Shown: positions 38,958 to 51,002 of the stretch, piece after piece
Numbering within the stretch: the stretch's first letter is position 1
How the letters are laid out: every line of letters starts with the position of its first letter
Source of the DNA: Monocercomonoides exilis PA203
Lineage: Eukaryota > Protista > Preaxostyla
Assembly: GCA_001643675.2 (NCBI GenBank)
Contig: LSRY02000038.1
Location: 930,001-994,000 of the forward strand
Reading direction: 5' to 3'
Length of the DNA stretch: 64,000 nt
The notes under the pieces: model-generated
What the model was told of the DNA's origin: nothing
Database searches by the model: none
Seen by the model: the letters and a program-made list of their open reading frames with translations, nothing else
Position numbers and translations under genes: made by a program

Positions 38958-41866
38958 TTAAAGACGAAGAAGAGCATTAAGTGTTCTGTCTGAAATATTG
39001 TGGCGACGATCTCCAATTATTCTTCGGGCTTTCGAAAATATTCTTTCACAGAATGATTCACTGCATGGCGAAGTTATTATACAGTATGCTATATTAGAAA
39101 ATATTGTATGTGTTTCACTGAAGGAACCAAAATCTTGATAAAAAATGTAACCATCTTCTTCGATGACTTCTTCTTTCTCTTTTTTAAGTAATAATTCTTT
39201 GAAAAACTTCATACATTGAGACTTTATTCTGTTGTGCCTTTCATCCATCATATGATCCAACAAGACTCTAAAACCTGCCACAATCCTTCCAAACCAATCA
39301 GAAAATAAATAATCCCAAATATTTTTCAAAGTTTGATTTTCTAAATCAACATTACATTCTTCGATTCTTCTGAAACGAGAAAAATTGTAAATGAAGTCCA
39401 CATCACTATCGCTTTCGTTTTCACTTTCGTTGTTTTCTTCTTTATTAGTTGGTTCTCTTTCATTTCCAGAAATTTTTTTTCAGTTTGTGATTTTTTTGTA
39501 ATGTCTGTTGACATTCTTTCTGATTCTTCATCATGCTGAGTTGTTTTTCTTGTCAAGCAGAAATTGAAATGATCCGTTTCATTGGATTTGTGTTGATATT
39601 CATTATCCTTTTCTTCTTCTTCAGCTAGAATCAATCCAAACAAATCTTGTTCATCAAAATCTTCGATTTCGTATTGTTCTTCACATTCTTCTGTGTTTTC
39701 TACAGAATTCGAATCAAGAGTTGAAATGAAATCAATCAAACTTTGCAATTTTGAGTTTGAGGACTCAACATTCATAGTTTTTGTGCAATTTGTGGTTAGA
39801 GAAGTTGAAAAAGAAGATCCAATAACACGTTTTCCATATTCTTCATCTTCTTTTTCAGAATTTACAAAAGCTATTTTCAACTTTTCGGTTGATGGAAACG
39901 GAAGGTTTGACAAGTGTGTATCCGAAAAAGTTATGTTATAATGATTTTGTATTGACTGAAACGAAGAAGGATTCTGGAAAATAGGAAACATGGTTAAAGA
40001 GGAAACATTTGAGGTGGAGGAAGATAAAGAAGAAGAGGAGGATGAAGAGGAGGATGAAAATGTAGATGATGAACTTGATGAAGACGAAGGATTTGATAAG
40101 TTTTGAATTAGACACATTGATCCAGATGAATCTTCTCCGCAATAATGTGATAGAGATTCACTTGATGTTTTGGATACATCAATAATTGTTTTTGAAACTT
40201 AATAAAATAATATTTTCGAGATAAAAGAAAAATATGAATAGTTTTATAATAATATATATTTTTTGTATATATTCAAACGTTCCCTAGGGTCACAAGTGAA
40301 TTTGTTGATTCGATGTTTATATGATCCTATTGGAGTTAATGCGTAAGATGTTGCAAGTAATTGCCCAGAAAAATTATAAAGTGTATAGTTATATAACAGA
40401 ATGACTATATCGGTTAATGCATTATGCCATTCTCCATATAGGAAATATTCATATGTTGAAAAAGAATAAAACAAATTCATTGCTTGAATTACAACAGGAA
40501 AAGCATCTCCAAGTTTTGTCGATTCTTTTTCAAAAATCAGATGCATCGAATAAAGTGGATACAGCAACAATTCAGTAAGTGCAATTTCAAATATTTCGTT
40601 GTCTGAAAGCATGCTGGTTTTGTTTATTATTGATTGATTCTGCCTTATGAAGAAACAAATATTATACAAGCACAGCCATCTAGTGGCAATAAATGATGGG
40701 CATCTTTTTTTCAAACTGTTTCTGAAAATTGACAGATGTGCTTGCTGACTGAAGTTTATTATCAATTCCTTCATTTGCTTAAGTTTAACATTTTCAGAAA
40801 AAGCATGACTGACAACCAAGTTGATTAAATGATTTAGACATCTAATAAAAATTGGTCTGGGATAATTATTTGTATGTGACAAACCAGATAATTCCTTGCA
40901 ATCATAAGTTGATATCCTATTCAAAGCCAAAACTTGTGGTTTCAGTCCATCTGAGCACCAAGCTCTGACAGAACATCCATAAGCACTCAACTCGGTCATT
41001 ATTTCTGTTCCCAAATTGTAATAATCGGATTCTGATCGACAGCCTTTGTACAACTTCCAAAAGATAGGTTTTGATAATTGATCCATTGTTGTTATGATGA
41101 CTGCAGTGTAGCTAACTCCCCCAACAACTCCTCCGTCAATGACAAATCCAAGGGGATTGTAAGAAATCACAGAAATTGCTTTTTCCATTTTCTTTGAATT
41201 CGTTTCATGAAGCAGTCTACTCACATTTCTCTCTGTTAAGCGAGGGAAAATATCTTCTCTGCTCATGTGTGGATTCGCTTGTGATGACTTTATTAATGCT
41301 GTAATGAAATCATTGAATTCATTTGTTGCAACTGATAGAAAAGAAATATTACTATGGGCAACGATATTGATGAAAGATTCTGCGAGCTCACCTTTCAATG
41401 TTGTTTGAGAAGTTCCATTGCTTTGTTTCCTTTCAGGAGAAATTGTTGATAAATTGGACTTCTGAGAAAAAAACAAAGAGATATGATTATTTGTCATCAA
41501 ATCACATTTATGATTAAAAATCAAAGAGTAATCCTTCCGACCCGTTACTCCGCAGGCAACTCCATCTTTTTCACACGGACACATATAAAGTCTGTGCATA
41601 TCCTTTTTTGCAATCCTGTCTTTATACAAAGGAGTGAATGCAATAAATATTTTGTGATTAACAATATCAAGAGAAGGTTTGGAAATGATTAATTCTTTCT
41701 GAATTGGATGATAATAACCTATGTAAAAATTAAATATCAGTTCCAAATTAATTTCAAGAAAAATCAAAAAATTCAAACAGTTTGTGTACTCATTGGATTC
41801 TATTTTTTTCAGTTTTATCAACTCGCATCTGTGTGATTTGAGCATTTTCTCAGTTTCTTTATACAT
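38958..41866 (-). CDS. hAT-superfamily transposase (spliced; one apparent homopolymer frameshift near 39475)
   Basis: FVIDGG (D), WCSDG (D), RCLNHLINL (CxxH), ATRW, and the C-terminal dimerisation motif SPCSESFCERIFSKARRIIGDRRHNISDRTLNALLRL (E). N-terminal Cys/His cluster. Likely introns at ~41720-41779 and ~40198-40278. Confidence 0.9.
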
Positions 41867-42508
41867 CTCGAACTTTTTTGATCAAGAAGAATAAAAAAGT
41901 GTTATTGAAAATACAAAAAAATAAAAATAAAAATAAAAACTGTCAACAAACTATTTCTGGGTTTTTTAATGAAGAAAAAAATATTTGTGAGGCATCCATG
42001 AATAACAAATAAAGAAATTTTGCTAAATGCCTTAGTGACTGGAATTACGTCAGCGACAGGCAGTGACGCGAATGCCTTGGTATTTATACCATAAAAAAGT
42101 GATCACGACACAACCCATTGTTCATACAAAAATTGAAAATGAACATTTAAAAAAATGAAAAAAATTAAAAAAGCCCTCTCAATAATGAAAGATGAATTAC
42201 AAAAAAATCATTTTTTTTTGCATGTCTTTTTTTTATTTTTTTATATTTTTTTATAAGAAAATGAAATTTTTTCAGTCACGTCACGTCACTCCTAAAATGT
42301 TCACGTCAGAAAGCATGTGACGCAGATGTTTGCATTTGAAAAGAGAATTCAATCGTTAATTAGTGGAAAAATTAGATTTAATAAAAAAAATTTTTGATCA
42401 ACCCATTAAAAATTTAAAATATTTGTGCACAAAATTATCGGTTCTTTTATTGATGAGTATATATATTATACCAAAAACATTAACAATTGTCAAATATTTA
42501 ATCATTTG

Positions 42509-43655
42509 ATGGAGGAAAAACATAATTTATTGAAGATTTTTTGCGATAATGGAGAAAACATGCAATGGATTCAGGACAATGTGATAAACACTGCCAGAAG
42601 ATGCCCTATAGCAACATGTCATTCATTAATAATTTTGATTAGAGGAAGCGAAGGAAAATGGTTCTTCAGATGCCGCAAATGCAGAAAAGAAGTTTCTTAT
42701 AGAACAGGAACTCCGTTTTCAAAATCCAGGCTTTCAATTTCAAATCTTATTCTGATCCTTTCCTTCTTTTACCATCATCTCAATATAAAACAAACATCAT
42801 CAATAACTTCATGCGAAAGACACAGTGTTTCTTATTATTATTGCATTTACCGGAGGACATGCGCTCGGATGATAGGAGGAATCCAAACTCCCGCAGGAGG
42901 TCCTGTCCGCACTGTGGAAATTGATGAATCTGTTTGGAGAAGGCGAAAATACAAGAGAGGTTTTGATTCTTTATCTTTTGAAACTTAATTATCAATTGAA
43001 CTTTTTTATTAGCATGTGCTAAGAAGCAAATTTGGTTTTTCGGTGCTCAGGAACGTGGAGGAAAAGCATTTGATTATTTTGTGGCAAACCGATCTGCTTC
43101 AGTGTTAATTCCGTAAATAAAAAAATATATTCGTCACGGAACAGAAATTCACTCTGATAAATGGAAAGCATATTCTTCTTTGAGTAAAAATGGATTCACA
43201 CTCAAGACTGTCAATCATTCCGAGCATTTTGTAGATTTAAATTTTCTTTTTTTATTATCTTTTTTCATGAAATGTTATTTTGCACTTATTCAGATCCAAT
43301 CACAGGCGCTTGCACAAATCATATCGAAGCGTTGTGGGCTGCACTTCGAAAATTCCTTCCTTCACATGGAGTGAGACAAAATAGAATGCAAGAATATTTC
43401 TATTCCTTTTTGTTTTTCAGAAATCGAAAAGTTGATTTTTCCATTTTTGTATCGAATGTTATGAAATACAGCGATGAAGAAAACAAAGCTCTTGAGGATG
43501 AAGCTTTTGGTCCAGAGGAAGAGGAAGAAGAAGCTGGAGCAGAAATGCTTCACGAAGAAGAATCTTCAGAATTAGAATACGAACTTGAAACAGATACATC
43601 ATCAGATGGGGCTGGGGATGGAGCTGATGCATCTGAATGGGATGCTGATAAATAA
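42509..43655 (+). pseudogene. Merlin/ISXO2-like DDE transposase with zinc ribbon and acidic tail
   Basis: CP..C...FRCRKC, VEIDESVWRRRKYKRG, IWFFGAQERG, IHSDKWKAYSSL, VNHSEHFVD, TNHIEALW. Introns at ~42960-43011 and ~43234-43293; the second donor reads AT. In-frame TAA at 43114. Confidence 0.92.
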
Positions 43656-43768
43656 ATACCGATTTTTCCACATATCATTCTTCTTAAAGTTAAAAAACAA
43701 CATGCTCTCTTTGATGATTTCTATGTTTTGTAAAGATTTGTGAGGTGGCTTATAAGTACCATTTGCCG

Positions 43769-43820
<52 letters not shown>
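43769..43820 (+). repeat. poly-A tract (52 nt) abutting the Merlin right TIR
   Basis: Direct reading. Confidence 0.95.
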
Positions 43821-43821
<1 letters not shown>

Positions 43822-45520
43822 ATTTTTCATGATTTTTCTTGATGATCCTCATCCCTTGAATTGTGACTTATTGCTGAGATTCAAATAATTCAATTTGGAA
43901 TAAATGTAAATTTCATTTTATGAAACATATAAGGATTTGATTTGGTAAATAGTATATGAAATAATAAAAATGTATCAGTTCTATTAACAAAAATATGACA
44001 CTCCTTATTTGATAATTGAAATGATCATTATTCATTTTTTATATATATTTCTTCATTTTTCGGTTTTAAAAAGACATGAAAAGTTAAATTTGAAAAAAGT
44101 TTGTCAATAAACTTCTATTAGGGAAACAAGTAATTTTATTGAAATATTAAATTGGCTTTACAATTTTTTAGGGTGTCGATCTAATCGAGTATTTCTTTTA
44201 GTGCCGGCTATTGCTCTTTTTCTTCAAATGATTAAGCAAATTAAAAAATTCAAATAATCATAGAATTTCTAATTACTCAAATCAAACCCATTTTTCACTC
44301 ATTTTAAACAACAAATAATCACAATAAGAACAAAATAAATCTGACAAGTCACTGGAAGCTGATTTTTCTGTAAAAAACAGTCAGACCCAATATGTTACAC
44401 TTTTCCGCATGCTCACCATCTTCAACAATTTTTTTAATTTTTGTTGAACATGGAAATGATAACTGCATAAACGATAACGGAGCCATGGTTAAAAAAATAA
44501 ATGACTGAGAAATTTCATGAAAACAAAAGGATTTAAAAAAAAAATTTTTTTTTCCGATTATCAGAGATAAAGTTTTGTCTGATAAAATAACTCAGTTTGC
44601 GATGTGAGATGAAATAAACAACAACAGCATAAAACAAAACAAAAAACAAATAAACTTTCCCGTTTGATGCTTTTCGAAACACTCAGAGACTGCTGAAAGC
44701 AACACAAAGCTTTGACGCCATTATCGCTGCACTTCTTCAACACTTAACACCACCGCGCTATCGTCCAGGAAAAGTGCCATTTCTCCATCAGACCCAGCAG
44801 TCACTCAAAAGCAAAGAAAATGAATTTCTGTTCCAACCAATAAAGAAAAAAAGAAAAAATATTGCTTTGACGATGCTAAATACAGCTTCAATTGTTGTTT
44901 CCGAAAAAAAAATACATCCAAGTGAGGGAATTTGCTCCAATTCCTTTCACATCCATTCCTTGTCCTTTGCAACTACTTTCTCCAAGAACGCAACAATTGC
45001 TGCTCCGTCGTTTCAATTTTACCTCATCAACAAATGCAATTGGCAAGCTCAGCAATGCACTGTACACGCACCAACCGCAATGTGCTCATCAATGAGCAAC
45101 ATGCGTTTTCCATATGCAATAAGTGAACAAGCTATTTCCATTTGAAAAAATTTCTCTTCATTGAAATAAATTATTGCTCATTTCTGAAAAAATCATTCAA
45201 TTCACCATCCTTCTGGAATGTTTGCCTATAAAATAGATATTTCAAATGCAAACGCACAATCACAATGAATACAAACTTCAAAGCACCAAAATACTCTTTG
45301 AAATAAAAATGTATTGATCTGACATATATTTACATAAAACACTCCCATTTGTATCAAAAAATTGTTTGATGCTCGAAACTTCATGACTGAATATAAATAT
45401 GTCGTTGATGGTTATTGAAAAGACAAACAGAAAACAAAAAAAGAACTTTTTGATCAATTCCATATACATATTAAGCAACATTCGATCCAATTTGTTGATT
45501 TATTTGTTATCTCTGCAAAG

Positions 45521-46816
45521 ATGTTCCAAAAATGTGTTCTGTTCGTGGCTGTGATGTCCGTTTGCGCGCAGGAGGAAGGAGTGTTGCCCGTGGCGACGGT
45601 GTATTTGGAGCATGACGGAGAGGCGAGCGATGGAGGAGCGTTTTATCGGGGCGAGGTGAGCACGCTGAAAGGTGCATATGAAAAGCTGGGAGGGGAAGAG
45701 GCCAGCTGCATAAGGGTTGTCCGGGACGAAAGGGCGTATGTGGCAGAAGAGCTGCGGATCAGCAACAACGGGGGAATAACGTTTGAAGGAGTGAACAAAG
45801 CGAGAGACGGAAGCGAGGAAGCAGCGATCGACTGCGGTGTGCGTGCGCGGTCGGCTCTGTTCACGTGCGAGAAGGTGGTGCAGTTCAGGTATTTGGGATT
45901 CGAGTTTCCAGCGTCAAGCACGAAGTGGGAAGCGTTGATAAAAGCGAATGAAATGTCGACGTCGCTCACGATCAGCAACTGCCGATTTGTGAGGGTCGGG
46001 GAACAGCAGCGAGGAGAAATGGTTGCGCTGGCTGAGGAAGAAGGGACTTTGGAAAAAAGCCTTGTGAGGGCATTTGCCGGGTCAGTTGCGTTGAACACTG
46101 TTTCGTGCACAGATGCCAGCAGCACAGCTTCGTTTTCGCTGTCTCCGTTTTATTTTGAAGGCGTGAGCGCAGTGTCGCTGAATGGGGTGGAGATCAGCAA
46201 AGTGGCAGTTCAAAATGGAGCAGCGATAGGCATTTTCGACAAAAGCGACAAGCCCTCAGCAGTTGTTATTGAAGGACTGGATGTCCAAGAGGTGAACGCA
46301 GAGAATGGAGCAGCAGCAGGCTTGGAGATATCTTTGATTTCGGAGGAGTCGACCGTGGCGATTGGAAGGACGAGCAAGTGCACATTCAAGTCGTGCAGAG
46401 CGGCTGGAGGAAAGGCAGGGGGGATGCTGATTCGCATGGCAAAGGCGACATCGAATCTTCAGCTTCCGTCAGCCAGCAACCTGGAGATAGACAGCACAAA
46501 CACAGCGAATTCAACAGCAAGATCGATATTCATTGTTGCGCCAGATTTTGAAGAGTTCAGCAAACAGGAAGATGCATTTGAGTTTGCGAGCGATTTTGAT
46601 GAATCAGCAAGTGGGTGGGTTGTTGGGGCAGCAGATGGAAAAGCTGAGCTTATGGATGTGTATGAGCGTGATAAAGGGAACACAGAAGACCATCCGAAGA
46701 CTCCTTCAACAGGCGATGAAAAAGATTCTCCGGCCATATCGGTGATAATGGCCGTTGATATTCCAATAGGAGTTGCGACATCAGTCATTGTGGTTTGCTG
46801 CTGCTTCTGCGGTTAA
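45521..46816 (+). CDS. Putative type I surface membrane protein (signal peptide, beta-rich ectodomain, C-terminal hydrophobic segment, Cys cluster)
   Basis: Intronless 431-aa ORF, markedly GC-richer than its flanks. N-terminus MFQKCVLFVAVMSVCA; internal CTFKSC...GKAGGM motif; C-terminus VIMAVDIPIGVATSVIVVCCCFCG. Confidence 0.75.
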   Translation: MFQKCVLFVAVMSVCAQEEGVLPVATVYLEHDGEASDGGAFYRGEVSTLKGAYEKLGGEEASCIRVVRDERAYVAEELRISNNGGITFEGVNKARDGSEEAAIDCGVRARSALFTCEKVVQFRYLGFEFPASSTKWEALIKANEMSTSLTISNCRFVRVGEQQRGEMVALAEEEGTLEKSLVRAFAGSVALNTVSCTDASSTASFSLSPFYFEGVSAVSLNGVEISKVAVQNGAAIGIFDKSDKPSAVVIEGLDVQEVNAENGAAAGLEISLISEESTVAIGRTSKCTFKSCRAAGGKAGGMLIRMAKATSNLQLPSASNLEIDSTNTANSTARSIFIVAPDFEEFSKQEDAFEFASDFDESASGWVVGAADGKAELMDVYERDKGNTEDHPKTPSTGDEKDSPAISVIMAVDIPIGVATSVIVVCCCFCG

Positions 46817-48308
46817 GATTGGAGAAAGCAAGCTAAAGTTGCAGAGGCATAACAAAGGAATAAAGGAATAAGAAATGAGCAACCAGATGCAGAGTTGCAT
46901 TCGCAACGTTGTGAAAAACTTTTTGAAAAGATTTTTTTCCCATCGTTTTGATCATCTACAAAGAGTTCATTAGAAGATTATGAACTTAATATATATTCAT
47001 TTTTTTCCTGTTATATTTTTTGTGAAAGTTTTGTTTTCGATTTCCATTTTTCAGCTGATTTTGGCATTTTTATGTTTGAATTTTTTTTGAATTTTTCAAA
47101 AGGATTCATTTTTATTTGAATGTTTCATGATATCCAAATCAGCACAATTTAAGCGATACATATATATTTTTTGTTGTTGTTGTTTTTTAAGCAGAAATGA
47201 CATTTCACGCATTTCTATTGCAACATCTTTTTATTTTTTTTCAGTGTTGTTCTTGTTTGTGAACTGAATTTTTGGCATTTCGGAACACTCAAGAAATAGC
47301 CGAAAACAAAAGGTTGCATCATTCGAGTACATAGGTGCGTACAGATTTCTTTGAAACTTTGCTGAATATGATTATGCATACTGAACATAAGATACAAGAG
47401 CATGACAAATTGCGGAGATGTATTAGTAAAGAAATAATTATAGACACAATGCAGATTAAGTTGGATAATTTGAATTAGCGGAGGTTTTTTTTATTAACCC
47501 TATGTTAATTTGAATTAAGGCCACTTGATTTAAATAAAAGGGAGAAAATTTAAAATCACCATCCGAATTCAAATTAGGAAAGATCATTCAAATTAATAAT
47601 AATTCTGGGAAAGGAAAATAAAACAAACAAAAAACACTTATAAAAATAAAGTGCATACAAAAGAAAAAACAAACCTTTTTCGATGGTTTTATTAATGAAA
47701 TCTTGACAATTCTACAGAAGCGTGAAAATAAGCTCAAATTAAATAAATGTAAAAGTCATGGACAAAACCCGTGAATGTCCAATGAAAAACTCAAAAAAGA
47801 AAAAGTGACTTGAAGAATTTGATATTGAAAAAATCAAACATCTTCCTTTTGTTCTTTTTTTGTGTTATTTTAAACTTTTTTTAAATGATGAAATTATTGA
47901 ATTAATTCATAAAATGAATGGATCGCAAAGTTATAATGTTAGCTTTTTTTTTCAATATGTCTTCTTTTTCTTCGTCTTCAGAACTTTCAAAGGTTTTAGC
48001 CACTGCAGATAGGCCTTTGCGACAAGGAAATTTTTTGCGATGAGTGTCAGTCGAAAGAATTAACCTGTGTCGAGTGTTTATTATTATTATTATTATTATT
48101 ATTTTGATTTTTTTTTTTAAAAAAAACATTTCTGCAAAAAAAAAAAAAAAATAAGTGCTTTTATATGAAAAACAGTTTGTGAAAATAAAGCACACAAATT
48201 ACAAAGTAATATTTCAAGTTAGAGAGATTAATATAGGAAAGACAAACCATTATGCCTGTTTCACAGTTTATTGTTGGAATATTATAATAATGGATTTGAT
48301 CAATACCT

Positions 48309-50967
48309 ATGGGGAAAGAAAAGGAGCATAAAGACAAAGTTAATGAAAAAGAGCTTAAGAGAAAGAAGATAATTAAAGTATATAATATTTATAGCGGAAA
48401 AGCTAGTTAATAATTGTGTTTTTTTATGCTAGAAAGCTCAAACGTATGCAATGTGCAAAAAACTTGTTAGAATAACAAAAGACAAAGAAATGACCAAGGA
48501 TAATTATAGTGTGTTTTTACTTTTCGTTTTGCAAATTTCATTTATATTAATTACAGTCTCCCTTGGAAAATCAGTCGAAAAACTTGGAGCAGGAACTGGA
48601 ACAGCTTGTTATTTCTCGTTAATGGTGTGTACAGCGTTTTTTTTAAATAAAAAATTTTGCAAAACATTAGAAACATATGGCAGCAATTTTCGGATTGTGC
48701 ACAATTACAGCTGCTGTTACAATGTATTTATGTACTGAATTTTCTGCCTTTAACCCTGATGCAACAGACTTTTTGCTTTGGTTTACGCCCGGAAATATTT
48801 TAAATGCTCGATGGGAGGAAACCTTGGATCATTCAAAAGTCAAGTATGTTCATTTTTCCGAATGAAAAATTTTACACATTAAAACAACAAATTTTGATTT
48901 ATCAGATATATTTTAATCCCAGAGCTAATTTTTTGCGTTTTATTTTTCTTTGGAGTGAAGTGCATGCGATCTAACCTGAAGGCTGTGGAGGATAAAGCAG
49001 ATAATGAATTTTTATCTGCCGGAGATTATGGAATGCTTGTCGAAGGTCTGCCTCGGGATCTGAAAGACGCAAAAGAAGTTGCAGATCATTTTTCAAGCCT
49101 CGACGCAAAGGTGCACTCAGTGCTTCTTTGCTACAATGTTCAAGAATGTGGGCCAAATCAGGAGCAATTAGATCAGGCTGTTGAAGGAGTGTGTCTTTTT
49201 TTTCTACTGACAAATTCATTATCTGACAAACTGTTTCATTTTCTTTTCTTTTATTTGTTAAACACTTCATTTCTGTTATTTTTTTTTTTTTTTTTGATTT
49301 GATTGAAAATATTTAAATTTTTATTTATTCATTTATTTATTTATATTATATTATATTATATTATATATATTTACTTGTTCACTAGTTTCACACAGCAGAG
49401 CGAGCCGAAGACACGTCCACTGCGAACATTACTCATTTTGCGACGCATTATTTGACAGCCGATGAGCGAGTGGTGGATTTCTCGTCACACGAAGGCGAGG
49501 AGAAGCAGAGCGGGTGCTTAGACAAGCTGATGAGGACGTTTGGGTTCAAGAAGGATCCAGGTGTGGATGAAGAAGAGGTGAGAAGAGTGAGAGACAAAGA
49601 GAGAAAGAGAGGAGGAGAAGGAAGCAAGAGATGATGGAATTATTATTATAATTATTATTTTTTAACTATACTTTTTTAGAATAAATTTATATGAATGAAA
49701 GAGTGACTAGAGATTATGACTTTTTGAAGTGAATATTTGTGCAAAATTCTTTTGTATTTGCATTTTTCAACTAATCTTTTTCTGTTTTCTTGTTTGTTCG
49801 AATAATTTAATAATCATATTTATGTCAATTTATTAATTAATAAATTTATTTATTTCTTTTCAATTATATATCCCATTTTTTTATTATAATCTTATTTATC
49901 GATTCACCCCCCAACCCTCTTTCCCCTTCCATTCAGTTGCATATCGCAACAAGATTCTGAAGTTGCTGAAGAAGAGAGACAAAATGACTAATCCATATGA
50001 CAAGCCATCGACAGGCATAGCGTTTGTGCTGTTTGAATACTCAAGAGACATGAAGAGGATTGCCTATGAATATTCATCACAGTCTAAGTTCAATATATTT
50101 GGAACACTGACGTCACAGCCGGATAGATTGTATGGAGAGGAGAAGGAGAAGAATAGAGAAAAAAAGAAAAAAGGAAAGAGAAAGAGAAAGAGAAAGAGAA
50201 AGAGAAAGAGAAAGAGAGAAAAGAGAGAAAAGAGAGAAAAGAGAGAAAATGTCGTTTGTATAATTGGATTTTATTGATAAATATCCTTTTTTGTTGTATT
50301 ACTCAAAGGGAAGAAATTAAGAGAGCAAATGAAATGTGAAAGAGATTAAATATTTTTTCCGATTATTTTTTTGAAATAACTGTGATCCTTTCATTCGTAT
50401 TTTTGGATATATTTTATTAATTTATTAATTTGTTTATTTCCACAATTAATCAACAAACAACATATTATCCATCTCTTTCTTTTTCTTCCTTCTTCTTCTT
50501 CTTTTTCTCCTCCTCCTCCACCTCCACCTCCACCACCTCCTTCTTCTTCTTTTTCAGCAAATTCAATGGAGAGAACCTTCTTCGAGTGCAGTCGTGTGTT
50601 GAGCCAAGTGACATCAAGTTCAACAACTTGGGAAAATCTTCCACTGAAGTCAGACTCCGCACACTTCTGATGGATTTCATTGCATTGGTGTGTTTATTTT
50701 TGTTTTTTGTTTTTTTTTTTTTTTTTATTTTAAGTTGAAGGGGGCGGGATATGAGAGAGGAGAAGAGGAGAAGAGGAGAAGAGGAGAAGAGGAGAAGAGG
50801 AGAAGAGGAGAAGAGGAGAAGAGGAGAAGAAGAAATACATGTATATGTATATAAATTTGTACAAAGTGAACGATTATTATTTTTATTATAATTATTTTTA
50901 TTTTTGATTTACTATTTTCTTTCAAACAATTAACCCAATTTTATTTTTTTCTCATACATCCTTTTCT

Positions 50968-51002
<35 letters not shown>

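Larger units (their letters stand above)
32603..42332 (-). mobile_element. 9730-bp hAT transposon with transposase and passenger DNA, nested in the Merlin element
   Basis: TIRs TAAACATCTGCGTCAC (32603-32618) and GTGACGCAGATGTTTG (42317-42332), 15/16 match. 8-bp TSD CATTTGAA at 32595-32602 and 42333-42340. Subterminal CGTCA/GTCAC repeats at both ends. Confidence 0.92.
32529..43767 (+). mobile_element. Merlin (IS1595/IS1016-like) DNA transposon, ~1.5 kb once the nested hAT is removed
   Basis: 24-bp TIRs GGCATATTGTACTTATACGCCACC (32529-32552) and GGTGGCTTATAAGTACCATTTGCC (43744-43767), 21/24 match. Encloses a Merlin transposase. TSD not recoverable because the right flank is poly-A. Confidence 0.85.

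Noticed and set aside
43769-43820. Poly-A as evidence that the Merlin gene is a retrocopy
   Set aside because: The gene retains introns, and the A tract lies outside the TIR.
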